From Gemmatimonadales bacterium (GTDB lineage Bacteria; Gemmatimonadota; Gemmatimonadetes; Gemmatimonadales; GWC2-71-9): DNA of 64,000 nt. The notes under the pieces are model-generated. The model made no database searches and was not told the origin of the DNA. It was given only the letters and a program-made list of their open reading frames with translations. Below are positions 46,871-56,417 of the stretch, in pieces. Where the stretch lies: the NCBI GenBank assembly GCA_041615815.1, contig JBFJCP010000001.1, positions 192,001-256,000 of the forward strand, given 5' to 3'. Every line of letters begins with the position of its first letter. The first letter of the stretch is position 1. Made by a program: the position numbers and the translations under genes.

Positions 46871-49800
46871 ATGAGTTTGCGACGTGCTATCCTCGCCGCG
46901 GGGACCGTGTTCGCGCTGATCCTGAGCCTACCGTTGGTAGCTCAGGCGCAGCAGGGAACGATCCGCGGCACCGTGACGGCCCGGGCCACCGGCGAAGCAC
47001 TGCCGGGCGCCAGAGTGCAGTTGGTAGGCACCACCCGGTTCGTCGCCACCGCCTCCGACGGGAGCTACGAGCTCAGCGGAGTGCGGGTAGGCCAAGTGCA
47101 GGTGCGCGTGGCCATCATCGGGTACCTCTCACAGACGGCGAGCCTCGAGGTCAGTGCCAACCAGACCGCGACGGTGGATTTCCAGCTGTCCGAGTCGGTG
47201 CTCACGCTCGACGCCGTGGTGGTCACGGCGCTCGGCGAGCAGTCCGCCCGCGAGGTGTCCAACGCGATGTCATCCGTGAACGTGGCAGATCTCATGGACG
47301 CCGCGCCGCAGGTGAACATCACGGAAGTCCTCCAGGGCAAGGCCCCCGGCGTGACCCTGCTTCAGTCCTCCGGTACCACGGGGTCTGGGCACTCGATCAA
47401 GATCCGGGGCAACTCGTCCATCAACCTGAGCAATACGCCTCTCATCTACATCGACGGCGCTCGGGTGGACAATGACAACAACGCCAACCCCCAGGGCTTT
47501 GGCGTCGGTGGTCAGGACGCCAGCCGCCTCAACGACATCAACCCTTCCGACATCGAGCGGATCGAGATCGTCAAAGGTCCCTCCGCTTCGACGCTCTACG
47601 GGACCGAAGCTGCCGCTGGCGTGATCCAGATCTTCACCAAGAAGGGCCGCCGCGGCGCCGCGCCGGAGTTCAATTTCCGCACGGACCTGGGCAACAACTG
47701 GAAGAACGAGTACACCTTTGCACCCAACGTCTGGAATCCGCTCTCCTTCGGGTTCGGGTTTGACACGCTCTACGTGATGAACCTGCTGGAAGAGGCGGAC
47801 GCCCGCGGTAACTATGGGAGTCCCTTCCGCAACGGCTTCATGCAGACGTACGCCGGCTCCATCCGCGGTGGTACGGATGACGTGACCTACTACGTCTCGG
47901 CCGAGTTCCAGGACGAAGAGGGGATTCTGCCGAACAACCAGATGACCCGCTACTACGGGCGCGGCAATTTCAACATCAGCCCCGCCCCAACGTGGGACCT
48001 CCAGGCCAGCGTCGGTTACACCAGCAACTTCCTGTCGCTGCCCGACAACGACAACAACGGCTTTGGCTACATCGGCGTGGCCCAGGTGGGCTTCCCGTGG
48101 AACGCCTCGATCATGGCGTCCGACCCGATCGCGGGTGGAAGTCCGATCCTGACATGTCCCTTCGCCGTCGAGCTGGCGCGTCTTGGCGCCGGCACCCTGG
48201 CGGACAATAGCCCCGGCGGCGCGGCCAATGCATGTCCTGAGGCGGCCGGGTTCGGTGGCCGGACCTTTGCCGATGTGGCCTCGCTGCAAAACCGGCAGGC
48301 CGTTGAGCGCATGACCGGGAGCACGACGGCCCGGTGGCGTCCCACCGAGTTCTGGAGCAACCGCTTCACGCTCGGTTATGACCTCATCGATCAGCGCTCG
48401 AGCACGCTCGTTCCGGTGAACCCGGATCGGCCCTTTGGCTCGCTCTCCGAGGGAGACCGAGATCTGTCCACGTTGACCGAGCGTAATCTGACGGTCGACT
48501 ACTCGGGCTCGCTCAACTTTTCGTTTGGCGACGTGGGGACGGTCACGTCCTTCGGGTTCCAGTTCTTCCGTGAAGTGCAGGAGCTCGTACGGTGTAACGG
48601 GGGTGAATTCCCGGCCGGCGCCACGACGTGTTCCAATGCTGTGACGACGGACGGCTTCGAGACGTATGCGGAGAACAAGACCCTCGGTCTTTACATCCAG
48701 GAGCAGTTCAGCTGGATGGACCGGATCTTTGTCACACCGGCTGTCCGGTTCGACGAGAACAGTGCCTTCGGGCGGAACTTCGACATTCAGGTATACCCCA
48801 AGGTGGGCGTGTCGGCCATCGCCATCGATGAGCCCATCGGCCCCCTCGATCAGCTGAAGTTGCGTGGCGCGTGGGGACGCTCAGGCAAGGCCCCCACCAA
48901 CACGGCGTCCTTCGAGACGTTCAATGCGCGCGGCTTCGCTATCGGCCTGCAGGACGCCCTGGGCGTCGTGCCGCAGCAGCCGGGTAACCCGGATCTCCAA
49001 CCCGAGCTGGGCGAGGAATGGGAAGCCGGTTTCGATGTTGGTTTGCTCAACAACCGGGTGGGCCTCGAAGCCACGTACTACCAGCAGAAGACGCTGGACG
49101 TGCTGGTGACCAGGCCGCAGGCACCCTCCTTGGGCTTCCCCAACGCGGTGTGGGACAACTTGGGTCGGATGGACAACCGAGGCTTCGAGTTCGCCCTGAA
49201 CGTGAATGCGTTCAATCAGCCCAATCTGCGGTGGGATTGGACCATCAACTTCGCCACCAACGACAACGAGATCAAAGAGCTGGAGCAGTTCGTCCCGCTG
49301 TCGTTTGGCGCGAGCCAGCGGCACCAGGAGGGCTTCCCCTTCGCCGCGTACTTCACCGAGATCATCACGTTGGATGCCAATGGTGATCCAATGGTGGTCC
49401 CGTATGACGACGCCCTGGATATCCTGGATGGCGTCAATGACGATCACCAGCTTGTCGGACAGCCCACCCCCGAGTGGGAGGGTTCGGTCTCGACGTCGAT
49501 CAACTTCCTGCGGCACTTCACGCTGTACGCCTTCCTTGACTTCAAGGGCGGGCATCAGCTGTTCAACTCCACCGAAGAGTTCCGCTGCGGCTTCTTGGGC
49601 GGCGGCGAGAATGGTGGCGTGTGCCCCGAGATGTTCGAGAAAGACGCCAACGGTGACTTCACGGCGGACGCCAAGATCAAGCAGTTTGCTTCGGCGATCC
49701 AGTCTGAGTTCCCGTGGGTTGAGGACGCCGACTTCATGAAGCTCCGCACGCTCTCGCTCAAGTTCCAATTCCCGGAAGAGTGGGCGCAGATGCTGCGGAT

Positions 49801-49969
49801 GAAGCGGGTGAGTGTGTCGTTCGCCGGATACAACCTGAAGACCTGGACGGGGTACTCGGGCGCCGATCCCGAGATCAACAACTTCGGCCAGAACGAGGTG
49901 ATCCGCGCGGACTTCCTGACGCTACCGCCACAGCGGCGGTTCGTCGGAACGTTCTCGATCACGTTTTAA
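46871..49969 (+). CDS. SusC/RagA family TonB-dependent transporter (1)
   Basis: Signal peptide, N-terminal extension, LDAVVVTA TonB box, plug motifs (NPSDIERIEIVKGPSASTLYG), C-terminal Phe. Confidence 0.93.
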   Translation: MSLRRAILAAGTVFALILSLPLVAQAQQGTIRGTVTARATGEALPGARVQLVGTTRFVATASDGSYELSGVRVGQVQVRVAIIGYLSQTASLEVSANQTATVDFQLSESVLTLDAVVVTALGEQSAREVSNAMSSVNVADLMDAAPQVNITEVLQGKAPGVTLLQSSGTTGSGHSIKIRGNSSINLSNTPLIYIDGARVDNDNNANPQGFGVGGQDASRLNDINPSDIERIEIVKGPSASTLYGTEAAAGVIQIFTKKGRRGAAPEFNFRTDLGNNWKNEYTFAPNVWNPLSFGFGFDTLYVMNLLEEADARGNYGSPFRNGFMQTYAGSIRGGTDDVTYYVSAEFQDEEGILPNNQMTRYYGRGNFNISPAPTWDLQASVGYTSNFLSLPDNDNNGFGYIGVAQVGFPWNASIMASDPIAGGSPILTCPFAVELARLGAGTLADNSPGGAANACPEAAGFGGRTFADVASLQNRQAVERMTGSTTARWRPTEFWSNRFTLGYDLIDQRSSTLVPVNPDRPFGSLSEGDRDLSTLTERNLTVDYSGSLNFSFGDVGTVTSFGFQFFREVQELVRCNGGEFPAGATTCSNAVTTDGFETYAENKTLGLYIQEQFSWMDRIFVTPAVRFDENSAFGRNFDIQVYPKVGVSAIAIDEPIGPLDQLKLRGAWGRSGKAPTNTASFETFNARGFAIGLQDALGVVPQQPGNPDLQPELGEEWEAGFDVGLLNNRVGLEATYYQQKTLDVLVTRPQAPSLGFPNAVWDNLGRMDNRGFEFALNVNAFNQPNLRWDWTINFATNDNEIKELEQFVPLSFGASQRHQEGFPFAAYFTEIITLDANGDPMVVPYDDALDILDGVNDDHQLVGQPTPEWEGSVSTSINFLRHFTLYAFLDFKGGHQLFNSTEEFRCGFLGGGENGGVCPEMFEKDANGDFTADAKIKQFASAIQSEFPWVEDADFMKLRTLSLKFQFPEEWAQMLRMKRVSVSFAGYNLKTWTGYSGADPEINNFGQNEVIRADFLTLPPQRRFVGTFSITF

Positions 49970-50037
49970 CTGACGAGGCCAACCTTCCGGGGTCGCAGGC
50001 GCGGCCCCGGGGGCTGCCATAGATCTGGAGATTACGT

Positions 50038-51447
50038 ATGCGATTTGATCTGAAGCCGATTAAGAAGGTCCTGATGGTGGGCCTCGTCGGCGCCATCGTC
50101 GGATCTGTCGGCGCCTGTGGGTTTTCCGACCCGCTGCGTGTCCAAGATCCGGGAACGCTCACGGATGATGAGCTGACGGGCGTGGGCGCGGTTCCCGCCA
50201 CGGTGAACGGCATGATCGGACAGTTCCAGGAAGCCCTGGACGATTACGTCCGATACTCCTGTCTGTTTACCGATGAGTGCATCCTTGCCGGCACGTTCCC
50301 GACGCGGGTCGAGGTCGAGAACCGCCGGATCACCACCGCCAACGTGTCGTTGGACGATGAGGTGTACGAGCCGATCCACACGGCCCGCTTCCAGGCGGAC
50401 AACACGGTAGAGCAGTTCCAGACGATCGACCAGAGCGATCCTGAGTTCGCGGGCGTCGTCGGTAAGATCCAAGAGGGAATCGTTGCTGGATTCCTATACG
50501 GGGGCTACACCCGGGTCCTCTTGGCGGAGCTGTATTGCGAAAGCGCCATCAATGCCGGTTCCTACGTCTTTTCGGACGAACGGATGCGCGACGCGCTGAC
50601 GATCCTGGAACAGGCAGAGACGGAGGCCAACAATGTTGGTCTCTCGAGCTACGCCAACGCCGCCATCGTGGGACAGGCCCGCGCACATCTGTGGCTTGGC
50701 GAAGATGGCAACGCCGCGGCCGATGCAGCGCGCGTGCCGGCCGGGTTCGTATTCAACGCGAATTACTCCGAGAACGACGACGCCAGCTTCAACGAAATGC
50801 ACTCCTCGAGTTGGGGCCGCGGCGGCTGGGTCATCCGGTGGACCGTGGGTGACGGTACCCGAGGCGACCGGAACAACGAGCGCTTTGGTCAGCAGCTCGT
50901 GACCCAGGGTGTAAACGTGACCGACTCGTTCGACGAGTGGGTCAATATCGGCCTGATCGATCCGGATCCGGGCCCGAACTTTGTGGCCTTCAACAGCGCA
51001 ATTCCGGTGAAGCTGCAGCTGAAGTACCGCGCCGGGACCGCGCCCATTCGGATCGCCTCCACGACGGAAGCCGATTTCATCGAGGCCGAGGCCGCCATCC
51101 GCGGCAGCGATTTCGCGACCGCCAACACGATCGTGAACGGCTATCGGGCCACGTGGACCGACGAGACCACCGGCAATCCACTCCCGGCTATCGATTATGC
51201 AGCGCTGCCGGACCTGCAGAGCCGCCTCATTCAGCTCGCGCAGGACAGGAACCGCGACATGTGGCTCGAGGGTGAGCGACAGGGCACGTTCCGGCGGTTT
51301 TTCCGTCGCGACGGCATCGACCTGTACACGCCGGTCACGGCAGCCGCCACCTTCAACCAGATCTGCTTCCCGGTGCACCAGCAGGAGCTGGATACCAACA
51401 GCAATCCTGCCAACTGCCCCGATCCCTCCGTGCCCTGCACGCCGTAA
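50038..51447 (+). CDS. SusD/RagB family lipoprotein (1)
   Basis: VGAC lipobox, follows SusC, FIEAEA and LEGER motifs, C-terminal FP...E..N. Confidence 0.85.
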   Translation: MRFDLKPIKKVLMVGLVGAIVGSVGACGFSDPLRVQDPGTLTDDELTGVGAVPATVNGMIGQFQEALDDYVRYSCLFTDECILAGTFPTRVEVENRRITTANVSLDDEVYEPIHTARFQADNTVEQFQTIDQSDPEFAGVVGKIQEGIVAGFLYGGYTRVLLAELYCESAINAGSYVFSDERMRDALTILEQAETEANNVGLSSYANAAIVGQARAHLWLGEDGNAAADAARVPAGFVFNANYSENDDASFNEMHSSSWGRGGWVIRWTVGDGTRGDRNNERFGQQLVTQGVNVTDSFDEWVNIGLIDPDPGPNFVAFNSAIPVKLQLKYRAGTAPIRIASTTEADFIEAEAAIRGSDFATANTIVNGYRATWTDETTGNPLPAIDYAALPDLQSRLIQLAQDRNRDMWLEGERQGTFRRFFRRDGIDLYTPVTAAATFNQICFPVHQQELDTNSNPANCPDPSVPCTP

Positions 51448-51479
51448 CGCAGGTTCACAAAGAGGCAGAGCGCGTAGTC

Positions 51480-51514
51480 ACCGGGCGCCCCTTCGGGGGC
51501 GCCCGGTTTCTTCT
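51480..51514 (+). terminator. Intrinsic terminator after susD1
   Basis: CCGGGCGCCCC-TTCG-GGGGCGCCCGG followed by TTTCTTCT. Confidence 0.85.
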
Positions 51515-51661
51515 CGCCGCTCGCTTGCGTCGCCCTCAGCCAACTCCCAGTTTTCTGACCGGCACCAAGGCTCGCTTTTACGGCACGCCCCATCCCGCCC
51601 TTCCCACCCATTACGCGGATCCGGCGCCGAGTGGGAGGCGGATGACACCGCGGAGGACTCC

Positions 51662-52075
51662 ATGTACTACCGCCGTCTGAATGTCGCCTCACTGGCCCTC
51701 GCCGTCATCGTTCTCGGGTGCGGTAGCGGGGGGGGAGCCGACACCGCAACGGACGGACCGACCCCCCAACGATCCGGTCGCAATCGGTTGACCCAGGCCG
51801 AGATGTTGGAGACCACGGCCACGACCGTCTACGAAGCGGTGCAGCAGCTGCGGCCGACCTGGTTCACCCCACGAGGTACCGATCCGAGTAGCGGTGACCC
51901 GCTCATCCCGGTGGTCTACGTGGATGGCGTGCGAGCGGGAGACCTCGAGTTCCTGCGGCAACTGCGCATCGAGGAGGTCGAGCGCCTCCGCTACATCAAT
52001 GCGCGGGACGCCACCACGCGCTGGGGAACGGGGGTGCCCGGGGGCGTCATCGAGGTCTCGCGCGCTCGAGGCTAG
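51662..52075 (+). CDS. Stand-alone TonB-receptor plug-like lipoprotein (copy 2)
   Basis: SD GGAGGA; VLGC lipobox; LRPTW, PVVYVDG and ATTRWG...GGVIEV motifs. Confidence 0.78.
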   Translation: MYYRRLNVASLALAVIVLGCGSGGGADTATDGPTPQRSGRNRLTQAEMLETTATTVYEAVQQLRPTWFTPRGTDPSSGDPLIPVVYVDGVRAGDLEFLRQLRIEEVERLRYINARDATTRWGTGVPGGVIEVSRARG

Positions 52076-52155
52076 CGCGCGCGAAGTCGGCCGATCGCGC
52101 TGGCGGCCGCCGCCGTGACTGGGTACCATTCGACGCGGTTGACACTCCCGCACCC

Positions 52156-52229
52156 CGGGGCGTGGCGCAGCTCGGTAGCGCGCCTGGTTTGGGACCAGGA
52201 GGTCGCCGGTTCAAATCCGGCCGCCCCGA
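52156..52229 (+). tRNA. tRNA-Pro (TGG)
   Basis: Cloverleaf CGGGGCG/CGCCCCG, CCTGG-TTTGGGA-CCAGG, TTCAAAT T loop; CCA not encoded. Confidence 0.96.
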
Positions 52230-52261
52230 CTGCGAGTCCTCCGCCGAGGGAAGAGGAAGGT

Positions 52262-52735
52262 ATGCAAAGGCCAATCAGCTGGGCGCTCGCCCTCGTCCTG
52301 GCCTCCTGTTCGGGAGGCACGCCGTCACCCGACGGTCCGAGTCCCCAAGTCTCCTCTCGCAACGCCTTGGCTGGATCGGATCTCCGAGCCACGGGCGCCT
52401 CGAGCGTCTACGACGCGCTGAAGCAGCTGCGCCCCACCTGGCTCACTCCGCAGCGCTCGTTGTCACGCGAAGGCGCACTCGCGGGAGGAGCCTCGTCGTC
52501 AGGCCGCAACGAGGCGGACCCCCGCCAGGCAACCTCGGGGTCCGCAGGGGCTAGCTCGGGGGTCGCGTTGGCCGTGGTCCTGGATGGCATCCGCGTGGGC
52601 GGTGTCACGTACCTCCAGGGATTATCGGTGGAAGGCGTTCAGGTGATTCGTCTCATCGAGGGCACGGAGGCCGCACGACGTTGGGGCCCGCAAGCCGGTG
52701 CCGGAGTGATCGAGGTCGTCCGTGGCGGCTCCTGA
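52262..52735 (+). CDS. Stand-alone TonB-receptor plug-like lipoprotein (copy 3)
   Basis: LASC lipobox; VYDALKQLRPTWL, VVLDG and AARRWG...AGVIEV motifs. Confidence 0.72.
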   Translation: MQRPISWALALVLASCSGGTPSPDGPSPQVSSRNALAGSDLRATGASSVYDALKQLRPTWLTPQRSLSREGALAGGASSSGRNEADPRQATSGSAGASSGVALAVVLDGIRVGGVTYLQGLSVEGVQVIRLIEGTEAARRWGPQAGAGVIEVVRGGS

Positions 52736-52783
52736 GTCACGCTGAACGCGGCAGCCAGCGGGAACAGGCCTCGTGAGCCGTCG

Positions 52784-53743
52784 ATGAGGGGGGTGTGGCT
52801 GGAAGACGGCACGTTCCGACTCGATCACGACCTTCCGCTTCCCACCACCGCACCACACGAAGTCCTGATTCGCGTTTCTCTCGCCGGCATATGTGGGACG
52901 GACCTCGAGCTCGCCAGGGGCTACGCATCGTTTCGAGGCATCCCTGGTCACGAGTTCGTGGGCCGGGTCGCCTCGGCGCCCGAACACGAGGAGTGGATGG
53001 GCCGGCGGGTGGTCGGGGAGATCAATGTGACCTGCGGCCGCTGCGGTACCTGTCGTGCCGGCCGGCGTACCCACTGTGACCATCGCACCGTGCTCGGAAT
53101 CTCAGGTCGCCAGGGAGCCTTCGCCGAGTATGTCACGCTTCCCGTCGAGAATCTCCATCACGTGCCGGACACCATGCCGGATGACGTTGCGGTGTTCACC
53201 GAGCCCCTCGCGGCCGCCCTCCAAATCCAGGAACAGATCACCATTGACTCCACGGACCGTGTCGTCGTGATCGGGGATGGCAGACTCGGGACGCTCGTGG
53301 CACAAACGCTCGCCCTCACGGGCTGCAGACTCCTCGTCATCGGCCGGCATCCCGCAAAGCTCGAAGTACTGCGGCAATTGGGCATCGCCACCGGGCTCGC
53401 GGCCGATCTTCCGGAGCGGACGGCGGACGTTGCCGTCGAGTGTACCGGCAATCCCACTGGCTTCGGCGTGGCCCGGCGGGCGCTCCGACCGTGCGGGACC
53501 CTCGTGCTCAAAAGCACGTACCACGGGCCGGCCCATGTCGATCTGTCACGCATCGTGGTCGACGAGATGACGGTGATCGGCTCTCGGTGCGGCCCCTTCA
53601 CACCGGCGCTGGCACTCCTGGCCCGGGGGGACATCGACGTCGCATCGCTCGTCGATGCCCGCTATCCCATGGCCGCCGCGGTTCAGGCCTTCGAGCACGC
53701 GGCGCGCCCGGGGACACGGAAGGTGCTCTTGGAGGCGGACTGA
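52784..53743 (+). CDS. Zinc-dependent alcohol dehydrogenase (MDR family)
   Basis: GICGTD, GHEFVG, CGRCGTC..C, EPLAA and GDGRLG motifs. Confidence 0.92.
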   Translation: MRGVWLEDGTFRLDHDLPLPTTAPHEVLIRVSLAGICGTDLELARGYASFRGIPGHEFVGRVASAPEHEEWMGRRVVGEINVTCGRCGTCRAGRRTHCDHRTVLGISGRQGAFAEYVTLPVENLHHVPDTMPDDVAVFTEPLAAALQIQEQITIDSTDRVVVIGDGRLGTLVAQTLALTGCRLLVIGRHPAKLEVLRQLGIATGLAADLPERTADVAVECTGNPTGFGVARRALRPCGTLVLKSTYHGPAHVDLSRIVVDEMTVIGSRCGPFTPALALLARGDIDVASLVDARYPMAAAVQAFEHAARPGTRKVLLEAD

Positions 53744-53854
53744 GACCCAACACGGACCTCAGGTATCGCATTCGCCGGAGCACGTAACACATTTTCAATT
53801 AATGGGTTGTATGAGCTCATACGAGGCACTACTCGAGATGAATCAATCCGTCGC

Positions 53855-54520
53855 CTAGGGCCGGAAGACCATTCCCTCCCGCTGGGCCCGTCCGGCGTCC
53901 AACGCGACGGGGAAGAGCGTCAACTGGTTGTAGACCGCTCCCTGGAGGTTGGTGGACCGTATGATCGCCTCGCGCATGTCGGCGCTGCGGAGATCAGCGC
54001 CACGGAGATCCGTCCGAGTGAGGTTGGCTTGCCGCAGGTTGGCGCCGTTCAGGATGACCCGGCGCATCCGGGCCTCGGTCAGATCGGCTCCTTGCAGGTT
54101 GGCAGCCGACAGGTTGGCGCGCTCGAGCTGTGCCTCCTGGAGCTGCGCACCGCGTAGGACGGCGAACTGTGCTTTGACGTTCCGAAGGAGCACGGAGGTA
54201 AGGACGGCGCCAGCGAGGTTGGTCTGAAACAGCTGCGCGTTGCGCAAATCCGAACCGGTGAAATCGATCTCGTGCAGGTCGTATTCCCTGAGGTCGGCGC
54301 TGCGCAGCTCACCGCACTCGCCGATGAAGTTGGGATTCAGTCCCTTCTTCCCCTGTGGGTTCACGCACTGGCCGTCCTTGAAACGAAACCCCAGATCCTT
54401 GCGCTCCTGCGCCGCTCCCGGCACGGCAGCGAGCATGAGAGCGATCAGCGCCAGCCCTGGTCGGAGTTTCCTGAGCACCGATTCGGTAGCGTGTGGACCA
54501 ACGGGGTGCTTGCCAATCAT
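53855..54520 (-). CDS. Exported pentapeptide-repeat protein
   Basis: A(D/N)Lxx repeats; signal-peptide-like N-terminus; SD GGAGG before ATG 54520. Confidence 0.85.
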   Translation of the reverse strand: MIGKHPVGPHATESVLRKLRPGLALIALMLAAVPGAAQERKDLGFRFKDGQCVNPQGKKGLNPNFIGECGELRSADLREYDLHEIDFTGSDLRNAQLFQTNLAGAVLTSVLLRNVKAQFAVLRGAQLQEAQLERANLSAANLQGADLTEARMRRVILNGANLRQANLTRTDLRGADLRSADMREAIIRSTNLQGAVYNQLTLFPVALDAGRAQREGMVFRP

Positions 54521-54624
54521 GTACCCTCCAACCATCGCGTGCACCCTACCCACCTGAGTGGGGGGCCAGTATCCTTCACCTATCGTGGACTCGTGTGATT
54601 AGAGAAACGTAAGGGAGGCTGTGT

Positions 54625-55824
54625 ATGCAAGCTAGTTGTTCGAAAACACTGGCGGCGATGGCTGCGCTCGTCCTCATCGGCGTCGGGTGCGGCGACGACC
54701 CGACGGGACCCATCTCCTCTCCCTTTGTATCCATTACAGCCGGCGTCGTCCATACCTGCGGCGTGGGCCAGAACGGTGAGGCGTATTGTTGGGGATGGAA
54801 TCGAGACGGGCAGCTGGGGGACGGGACAAAGGACGATCGGGCCGCCCCCGTGCGCGTGCAGTCGGGGGGCGTCGCGTTCGAGGCGCTCAGCGGAGGCGGG
54901 GCCCACACCTGTGGCCTTGGTACCGACGGATTCATCTACTGCTGGGGATTCAACCTCAACGGGCAATTGGGCGACGGCACCATGGACTCGCGAACGGCGG
55001 TGGCTCGCATCGACGGCGGAATCGCGTTCGACGAAATCTCCGTTGGGGCGTCCTACAGCTGCGGGCTGAGCAGCGCGCAGGGCGCGTTCTGCTGGGGCTG
55101 GAACGAGCGTGGCCAGTTGGGCGATGGATCCACGGTCGATCGCCCAACCCCGGTCACAACGGCCGACGGCATTCCCCTGGTGTCCATCAGCGCCTCGAGT
55201 TTCCACAGCTGCGGCGTCACCGCGGCTGGCGACGCCTACTGCTGGGGGCAAAACGAATCGGGCCAATTGGGCGATGGCACCACGACCGACAGTCCCACAC
55301 CGGTCCAAGTGGCCGGAGGGCAGTTGTTCCAGAGCGTGTCCACGGGCTTCCGGCACACCTGCGGGATCAGCGTCGACGGTGAAGCGTTCTGTTGGGGGTA
55401 CGGTGAGCTGGGACAATTGGGCAACGGCACCAGCGCCAGCTGGTCGCAGCCGGTGGCGGTCACGGGTTCGATGACCTTCACGCAGCTGTCGGCGGGAACC
55501 GGCAACTTCACCTGCGGCATTACGCCCGGGGGAGACGCATTCTGTTGGGGGTTCAACAACAATGGTCAGCTCGGAGAGCTCTCGTCGGACGATTGCACCG
55601 ACCCGGAACAAGGAAACATTCAAGCCTGCGCGTTGGACCCACTGGCCGTGTCCGGAGGCCTCACCTTTCGGCAGATCACGGCGGGCACGCAGCACAGCTG
55701 CGGGCTCTCGACCGACAACGTCGCCTACTGCTGGGGCCTGGGGAACCTGGGGCAGCTTGGAACGGGTGAGAAGGGGGATTTGCTGATCGTGGTCGAGCCA
55801 GCCCGAGTGGCGGGCCAGCCGTAG
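54625..55824 (+). CDS. RCC1-repeat (beta-propeller) lipoprotein
   Basis: GVGC lipobox; seven HTCG...AYCWG.N..GQLG repeats. Confidence 0.92.
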   Translation: MQASCSKTLAAMAALVLIGVGCGDDPTGPISSPFVSITAGVVHTCGVGQNGEAYCWGWNRDGQLGDGTKDDRAAPVRVQSGGVAFEALSGGGAHTCGLGTDGFIYCWGFNLNGQLGDGTMDSRTAVARIDGGIAFDEISVGASYSCGLSSAQGAFCWGWNERGQLGDGSTVDRPTPVTTADGIPLVSISASSFHSCGVTAAGDAYCWGQNESGQLGDGTTTDSPTPVQVAGGQLFQSVSTGFRHTCGISVDGEAFCWGYGELGQLGNGTSASWSQPVAVTGSMTFTQLSAGTGNFTCGITPGGDAFCWGFNNNGQLGELSSDDCTDPEQGNIQACALDPLAVSGGLTFRQITAGTQHSCGLSTDNVAYCWGLGNLGQLGTGEKGDLLIVVEPARVAGQP

Positions 55825-55854
55825 CTCAACGGGGATCGGCCGCGCGCCTGTTCG

Positions 55855-56298
55855 TTATTGGGGCCTTGGACCTGGTCCCGGTCCCCCATTACCACCGTCG
55901 CCGCCCACCAGTTGCTCGACGGAGAAGATCACGAGCCCGAGCGCCCCAACGCCGGCCCCGGCGAGGACGGCCGTGCGCCAGGCGGATACCCGGCGCTCCT
56001 GGAGCGCCTCCACTCGCTGCCGCGGAATGGCGAGACGGGCCCCGTAGCCCCGGTGCTTGGCACCGGCGACGGACCAGAGGTAGTCCGCGGTGACGATCAG
56101 CGAATCTGCCGAGTTCGCCAGGTAGGTGCCCTCGATGCGGTTGAGATTCTGGAGAAGGGCCCCCACCACTTGAAACTCGATTGGCTCGTTCAAGTCCATT
56201 TGCACCGTCTTACCCGGAGTGGGGGCAACCCCGTCCAGCGGCACGAGCTGTACGCAGCCAGCGAGCAGGCAAAGCGAAAGACAAAAGACCGGCTTCAA
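55855..56298 (-). CDS. Hypothetical lipoprotein with C-terminal TM helix
   Basis: TTG start after GAGGTG; LAGC lipobox; C-terminal hydrophobic helix and Gly/Pro tail. Confidence 0.6.
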   Translation of the reverse strand: MKPVFCLSLCLLAGCVQLVPLDGVAPTPGKTVQMDLNEPIEFQVVGALLQNLNRIEGTYLANSADSLIVTADYLWSVAGAKHRGYGARLAIPRQRVEALQERRVSAWRTAVLAGAGVGALGLVIFSVEQLVGGDGGNGGPGPGPRPQ

Positions 56299-56417
56299 AT
56301 TCCACCTCAGTACGCTTGAGACACCGAAATCTCGCTCAGGCCCGGGGTGCCCCGCAAGGAACCTGCGGGCAGACAGTTCGGTTATCCTGTTATACCCGTG
56401 AATATGGATCAGTGCCC

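Noticed and set aside
44503..51735. Homopolymer tracts (C9 at 44503, C8 in plug copy 1, G8 in plug copy 2) as phase-variation switches
   Set aside because: Short tracts in Pro/Gly codons of GC-rich genes, all in frame; no evidence without read-level variation
52784..53743. Zn alcohol dehydrogenase as the missing BMC alcohol dehydrogenase
   Set aside because: It is MDR family rather than the Fe-type typical of metabolosomes, has no encapsulation peptide, and lies 16 kb away
54720..55770. Periodic DNA repeats resembling an array
   Set aside because: These are coding RCC1 repeats, not CRISPR; there are no identical repeats with unique spacers and no cas genes
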